Assembly: GCA_951406725.2 (NCBI GenBank)
Contig: OX597814.1
Span: 15,562,001 to 15,626,000 of the forward strand
Direction of reading: 5' to 3'
Source of the DNA: Octopus vulgaris
Lineage: Eukaryota
Length of the DNA stretch: 64,000 nucleotides
Part shown: positions 57,287 to 64,000 of the stretch, one piece after another
How the letters are laid out: every line of letters starts with the position of its first letter
Numbering within the stretch: the first letter of the stretch is position 1
Position numbers and translations under genes: made by a program
Notes under the pieces: model-generated
Told to the model about the DNA's origin: nothing
The model's input: only the letters and a program-made list of their open reading frames with translations
Databases searched by the model: none

Positions 57287-57590
57287 TGGAGGCGCAATGG
57301 CCCAGTGGTTAGAGCAGCGGACTCGCAATCGTAGGATCGCGGTTTCGATTCCCAGACCGGGCGTTGTGAGTTTTTATTGAGCGAAAACACCTAAAAAGCT
57401 CCACGACGCTCCGGCAGGGGGTGGTGATCCCTGCTGTACTCTTTCACCACTCTTTCTCCCACTCTTTCTTCTGTTGGCCTGCTTGCTTAGCCAGCGGGGT
57501 GGCGTCATTCAAAGGCTAAAACAATGCGAACGCATTGTGACCAGCGATGTGTAACAACATCTGATGGTCTGGTCGGCCACGTGATGGTGA
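57287..57590 (+). mobile_element. SINE family B head with a third tail type
   Basis: Family B head and body; tail ggcgtcattcaaaggctaaaacaatgcg. Confidence 0.88.
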
Positions 57591-58397
57591 TATATATATA
57601 CATACGCGTCTGAGCTTGCGCGCGTACGTATTGTGATTTCGATTCCCAGACTGGCGAGCGTCATGTTCTTGAGAAAAACACTCCCCTTCACTTTGTTCGC
57701 GTCTAATCAGGGACCCTAGGAAGAAGCACTTTCTAGTCATAAGCATCCGATGTTATTTTCAGAAATTTACCACGGCTAGAATTTTCAATGTGTCCTTCCA
57801 TTTTAGGAGCAGTGAAGTTTAACTTGAAAGAGATTGAGCTGTTATTTCTAGCAAAAGACCGCGTGGACGTTCCATGTTTGGATCGATTTCATTAGTCATA
57901 TTCAGTCATTGCGCCAGTATAATCTATTTTTAATAGTGTAGTGTGGGATTTGAGGGACTTTGGATGCTATTTCCTGTGACTATGCTGTGGCTCCCTCTTG
58001 GCTCATATTGTTGTTGCTGTTTTTGTTGACAGTATCAGCGTACGGTAACGGATGGTACAGTGCTGAAAAGTAAATATTTGTAATAGAGTTAAGTGCAACA
58101 TTTTCTCAGCAAATCTTTTGTAGCAAGGAAATATATTTTGACAGCTGCTTATAATAATGTTTGACTTGGCTTATATTTGATTTCAAGTCATTTTGACATT
58201 GCAAGTATTACCAACAGGAGCCTGGTGTATTGGCACGACCAAGAGAATACAGGACAATATTTCCTTGCAACAAATGTTGTTTCATCATATATATGTGTGT
58301 GTGTGTATGTGTGTGTGTATGTGTGTGTGTATGTGTGTATCAGAGGGATGACCACTACGTGAACATCCATTATGCTAGAAGTAGGTATATGTATATA

Positions 58398-58456
<59 letters not shown>

Positions 58457-58460
<4 letters not shown>

Positions 58461-58600
58461 CCTTGTTTTACTTTCTGCTGAAGAGTATAGGCTCGAAACG
58501 TGAAAGATTTTCTCACCTTCCCGAGCGTTAAACTAATACACTTGTTTGTTTTTTATACACCTGTCTTCGTCTCTTTTGTTTTTCTGTAAATTTCAATTAT
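58457..58600 (+). mobile_element. Penelope pseudo-LTR-like fragment (H2) with HHR variant at 58471-58506
   Basis: CUUU-CUGCUGA-A-GAGU(AUAG)GCUC-GAAA-CG-UG-AAAG; (TA)n on both sides; G at position 17 predicts inactivity. Confidence 0.7.
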
Positions 58601-58605
58601 ATATA

Positions 58606-58664
<59 letters not shown>

Positions 58665-58904
58665 GTATATAGATATATATATATATATATATACATACAT
58701 TCATATATATGTGAGTGTGTGTATGTATATACTTATACTTATGCACATATATATATATGTATATATACATACTTTCATATATATATATGTGTGTGTATGC
58801 ATGTATGACTTTCTGTTTCTTTCCTCCAGAACTAATGAAGTACTCTTCCTTTCTCTTTCTTTCTCCCCTGCTCTCTATCACTATCTATCTATCACTATCT
58901 ATCA

Positions 58905-58978
<74 letters not shown>

Positions 58979-60209
58979 GTCTGTCTTCTTCCTTTCCTTT
59001 TCTCTTAATCGGCGATCATGAAGGGGATCCCTCTGTGGTCCTGCTAGCAAAACTCGAATAAAAAAGAAAACGGTCGTGGCACACTCTTTTGGTGTACAGT
59101 GCTGTCAAATTAATATCATCTGTCAGTAATATGTTCGAAACACACGCGCACAAGCGCGCAAATATGTTCACAAGCGCGCAAACACGTTCACATCTGTCGT
59201 GCACCCATTGAGACAACGCAAAAAATTAATGTTTAAGATGAAAAACTTGGATATTTCCACTTTCTCCACACTCAGCAAGTGAAGAATTTTATCTGTATGC
59301 GTGTATTTGCGTGTATGCGAGTGTGTGTGTGTGTGTGTGCTTGTGTATGTGTGTGTATTTGTGTGTGTGTGTGTGTGTGTGTGTGTACGCGCGCACGCAC
59401 GTATATTCTGTCTTTACGTGCAAGTGGACATTGTAAAGACATGGCATTAGAAACAGTTGGATATTTCACTGGAGAAGAATTCCACAAATCCTGAAAAGTT
59501 TGTCACATGAAGTAAGTTTTATTAATCCAATAATATACAATGGTGCAGTGTCATTTAACAATTGAATACTGTTTGTGAAACGAGCAACAGTACAAATATA
59601 AAATATGAGTTTTTCTTTATGAATATGAAAGCAATTAGTCGTAAGCTATAACAACGCAGAAACAATTTTCTCGGGTTGTCAACTTACTACATCAATACGA
59701 CACTGTCGTATAAATATCTATGACGTTTTCCTCCAAATAATTCCCAAACAATGCATGATATATTTGCTTTCATATATTTTTCAGTATTTTCTAATAAAAA
59801 GAACATCTTTTCTCAAGCTAATATAGGCAATTCTTCGTTTGTGTATCAACAATATTCACTGTGTAACGTCGTATGCTATGTCATTTTAAATTCTGCCAGA
59901 ACACAATTTGCTGCTGTCGCCATAATAATTTCATATGTTCGGAGTTGTCTACTACATTCTTTTAATTGTATTTTTTTGTTTTTTGTTTTTTTATTGTTCT
60001 ATTCATTACACTACGACACTGCCTTGGATAGAACTAATCAACGCAAGTACTTTTCTATCACTCTCTTTTGCCGAACTGCTATATTAAGGGTACGTAAACA
60101 CACCAACAGCGGTTGTCAAGCGGTGGTGGGAGTAAACACAGAAATCATGACACACACTTATATATACATTTGCATAAAATATATGTGTGCATGCATATAT
60201 ATGAGTGTG

Positions 60210-60301
<92 letters not shown>

Positions 60302-60304
<3 letters not shown>

Positions 60305-60560
60305 AATCCAAACAAGAAAGCACAAAAAAACACAACAACGCGAGGACGTGGAACAAATATAGTATTATTGGACGCTCAGGAAAGAAGGAAAGAAGGAGGG
60401 TTTAATGTTTCGAGCGGAGCTCTTCGTCGGAAACATAGGAGAAGGAAAGATCCAGAGAAGGGAAGACAGAGGGAAAAAAATCGCCAACGGTTCACACGAG
60501 GTCACATTTTGAAAGACCGGAAGGAAATGGGTGAAGAAAGGCGTTTTCAAAGACAGGAGA
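60302..60560 (-). mobile_element. Penelope pseudo-LTR-like sequence (H1) with HHR variant at 60400-60434
   Basis: Minus strand: GUUU-CCGACGA-A-GAGC(UCC)GCUC-GAAA-CA-UU-AAAC. Confidence 0.72.
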
Positions 60561-60839
60561 GTAGTTCTGTCAAAGACAGGAGAATGGTAGAGGAGGAGGA
60601 ATGTGTATGTAAGTGTGGATATGTGCATGCGCGGAGGTCTGTGTGCGCGTGTGTGTGTATGTGAGCAATGATGACATGTATGTGTGTGTGTGTGTGCGTG
60701 TGTGTGTGTATGTGTGTGTTGTTGTGGCTGTTAAACAAACCGTGTTGTAGGGCTAGTAGTGTGAAGGTCGAGGAAGAAGAAAGGAGGAAGAAGGAGTAGT
60801 GTCTTTTGTCTCTACTACAGGTCAGTACTGCTAGTTTGA

Positions 60840-62070
60840 AGTATGTGTGTGTGCGTGTATGTATATGTATCGTGTGTGTGTTTTGTTTGTAGTGTGTGTG
60901 TGCGTGTGTGTATGTGTGTGTTCGTGTGAGTATGCGTAGAGTTTGGGTGTGTGGCGAATAACTGTGCTTTACTTAGTGTATATGTGCGTGTGTGCTTGTA
61001 CGTGCGTATGTGTGTATACATGTATGTATAATTGTGTGCGTGTATGTATAATTGTGTGCCGTGTGTATGGGATGTATGTGTGGGTTCATTTGTGTGTGTG
61101 TGTGTATGTATGTGCGTGCGTGTCGTATGTGCGTGTAGTTGTGTGTGCGTGTACGTGTGCGTTTGTATGTGTGTGTGTAAGCGTATATGGGTGTATATAC
61201 GTGTATCCGTGGGGTTGTGAGTTTTGGTTGTGTGCATTCGTGTGCATGTATGCGTGCGTATGTGTGCGCATGTTTTTGTGTGCGTGTGTGTGTGTGACTG
61301 TGTCTATATGTGTATACGTATGTGTATGTGTGTGTGCACGCGTGTAGGCATATATTGTATGTATGTATGTATATGTATCGGTGTGTATGTGAATTTGTGT
61401 ATGCGTGTGTGTGGGGGGGTTGGAGTTGTGTGGGCGTAACGTGCGTGCGTGTGCTTGTGTGCGTGTGTGCGCATACGTGCGTGTATGTGCGTGTGTGTCT
61501 GTGCCCATGTGTGTATAAGTGTGTGCGTATCTGTATGAGTATTGTTTGTTGGAGGTACATGTGGGCATCTGTGCTGATGTGTGTGTATGTACGTGTGTAT
61601 TATGTGTGTGCGTGTATTGTGTGCCTATGTACGTGCGTGTATGTGTATGTGCGTGTGTGTGACCGTGGAGATGTGTGTCAGGTTGTGTTCATTTTATTGT
61701 GTGTACGCGCGTGTGCTTGAGTATGTGCGTGTATGTGGCTATGTGTACGTTTATGTGTGTGTGTCTAAAGGTATGTGTGTGTGTCTAAAGTATGTGTCTA
61801 AAGGTATGTGTGTCTGTGTGTGCTGGATGGGATAGGCTTCTGTGCATTCTTGTGCATGTGTGTGCGTTTGTGTACGTGTGTGTGTGCACAGGCATATGTG
61901 TGTGTGCGCGTGGGTGGGTGTGGGTGTGTGTATTTGTGTATGTGTGCGTGTGTGTATGTGTGTGGAAGTATGTGTGCGTATATGTGCATGTATGTTGTAT
62001 GTGTGTGGTGTGTTGGCGGTATGCGTGTGTTCGTGGATACGTGAGTATGTGTGTGTATGTGTTTCTGTAT
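60840..62070. repeat. ~1.2-kb degenerate (TG)n low-complexity tract
   Basis: Directly visible. Confidence 0.92.
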
Positions 62071-62204
62071 AAGGACAATAATTTATAAAAACAATAAAAT
62101 AATAAAAAAAAAAAAAAATATTAAAATAATATAAAAGACGTAAGGAAAGAAATGAAAAAAAAACAAAGAAAAAAGAAAAGCTGGAAGAAATAAGAAATAA
62201 AGTT

Positions 62205-62565
62205 GCTTGTTGCGGGAGTATCCTCCGACGAAGAGGTAGAGTGGAGGGGTGAAAAAGGAGGGGAAAGGGGGTGCGGTTAGGGGGTTGGTGAGAGGAAGGG
62301 GAAAGGGTGGTGGTGCGGTCGATACGACGAGCGCGGGAAAGGGCGTTCAAGACCAGGGTTGGGGGTATCCTCGATGCCTGAACAGGCGGGCCAGGTACTG
62401 AGACTGGGTCTCGAAATCCTGGACGCGGCTGCACAAGCGTCGGAGGCGGAGGAACTGGGAGTAGGGGATGGTCCGTTTGGTGTGGAAGGGATGGGAGGAG
62501 GAGAAGTTGAGATAGAGGTGGGAATCCGTGGGTTTGAAGAAGGCGGAGGTGGTGAGAGAGTGGGA
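62205..62565 (-). mobile_element. Penelope-like RT thumb fragment
   Basis: FFKPTDSHLYLNFSSSHPFHTKRTIPYSQFLRLRRLCS...FRHRGYP, frameshift, then LVLNALSRAR..PFPLLFHPS. Confidence 0.92.
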
Positions 62566-62643
62566 GTGGTGGTGTGGTGGTGGTGGCAGTAGTAGTAATA
62601 GTAGTGGTGGTGGTGGTGGTGGTGGTGGTGGTGGTGGTTGGTG

Positions 62644-62714
<71 letters not shown>

Positions 62715-62750
62715 GTAGCACCACCACCACCACCACCAGCAACAGCAACT
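62566..62750. repeat. (GGT)n/(AGT)n trinucleotide tract
   Basis: Directly visible. Confidence 0.92.
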
Positions 62751-64000
62751 AGGAGGTGGAAAATAAGGAAGAAAACAGAAATAAATTACTCTTGCATAGG
62801 CTCTCTTGCGGTCAAGAAGGTCTTTCCTGGTAGAGAATCATTCACCACGGAGTACACTACGATGCTCACTTATACCAGTGGTTTTATTGCCTTATTCATG
62901 AGCTATCCTTTTGGCTCCTGCTATAAAAATTATTAATGTTTCGAACGTCTTCAAGCCCATGGTGCTAGCTTCATTTCAAGTCGACTTGTCTCAAGCAAGC
63001 TCCCCGGATCAAAGATGACCTTTTGTTAAATAATAACATAGTTTTCTTCATTGTTGAACATTTGTTCAATGTATTGACTTTTGTTCCCACTATTCGCTGT
63101 TTCAAAGATACTAGAAAGTTGTCTCGACTGATAGTAAGATTCTATTATATTGGTTCCTTCCGAAACAATATAAATAGAATCTTAAAATCAGTTTTTCTAT
63201 GAAAGATTCCAGTTAATGTTAAAACTTTCTCAGGATTTCAGAGATAAACGCAGCAGAGTTTTCTCATACTAGCCAATAAAATCTGTCTCGTTTCACGTCA
63301 ATACCCAAAGTCAGATATAGAAAAATAGCCACCCACACAATCATACAATACATATAACCACACACACACAAGCACACACTCATACACACACAATTATATT
63401 CAAATACTAAAATACTAGACCATGTAAGTATACAAACGTACATACAAATGTGTATGTGTTTACATACATATATAAATACATAGTGGTCTAACTACAAACC
63501 AGGTGCTGTATATAGATTAAGGGACATTATATACTGTGAAATCTCTGATTGTCATATATCATATCTTTTGAAGTATTGTGACGTATTCTTCACTTGTTGT
63601 TGCTTTCATTGATTATACATCTATAGGATATACCCTCGTTATCCATGGGTATTTGTATCTTTCAATGTCCAAAGCAGAGATAAGAGAAGGTTCATTGATT
63701 GTGAAAATTTCTGTGTAGTGTGTAGTGAGAAGTATTTGCATGTAAGTGTATGTATGTACGTATGTGCGTGCGTGTGTGTATGAGTGTGTGCGTGTGCGTG
63801 CGTGTGTGCGTGTGTGTGTGTGTGTGTGTCTGTGTGTGTGTGTGTGTCTGTGTGTTTGTGTGTGTATGTGTGTGTATGTGTATGTGTGTGTTCATATTAT
63901 ATCTATATATATTCCTTTGAATGTTAAATGGCAGCATAAAAGTGCTGCTTGATTGACGTCAACGGGGTAATGTAAATTTGGCAGTTGGAAAGTGAAGCCA

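Noticed and set aside
59420-59517. Segment ending in a strong GTAAGT donor
   Set aside because: No clear acceptor or recognisable product

Overview
AT-rich eukaryotic intergenic or intronic DNA, dense with microsatellites and transposon relics. The tRNA-derived SINE families and repeat landscape look like an octopus (coleoid cephalopod) genome; that is my recognition, not a database result. I found no intact host protein-coding gene; almost all supplied ORFs are translations of (TA)n, (CA)n, (TATG)n or (TAA)n repeats. Recognisable content: three abundant tRNA-headed SINE families (about 25 copies, several with TSDs); four 5'-truncated Dong/R4-type retrotransposons next to (TAA)n; Penelope-like RT/GIY-YIG relics; mariner and DD37D relics; non-autonomous Helitrons; MITE-like inverted repeats; one 100-N gap. 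The main hidden signal is about 10 type I hammerhead ribozyme (HHR) motifs from at least four unrelated sequence families, all with (pseudo)palindromic stem-loop III as in dimer-dependent minimal HHRs. Two sit in ORF-less tandem or partially tandem units (431 nt x ~1.9 at 34.4-35.2 kb; 509 nt x ~1.2 at 26.2-26.8 kb) inserted in (TA)n, the architecture expected of circular-RNA retrozymes or Penelope pseudo-LTR derivatives. Folds and alignments were done by eye; element boundaries are approximate unless stated.
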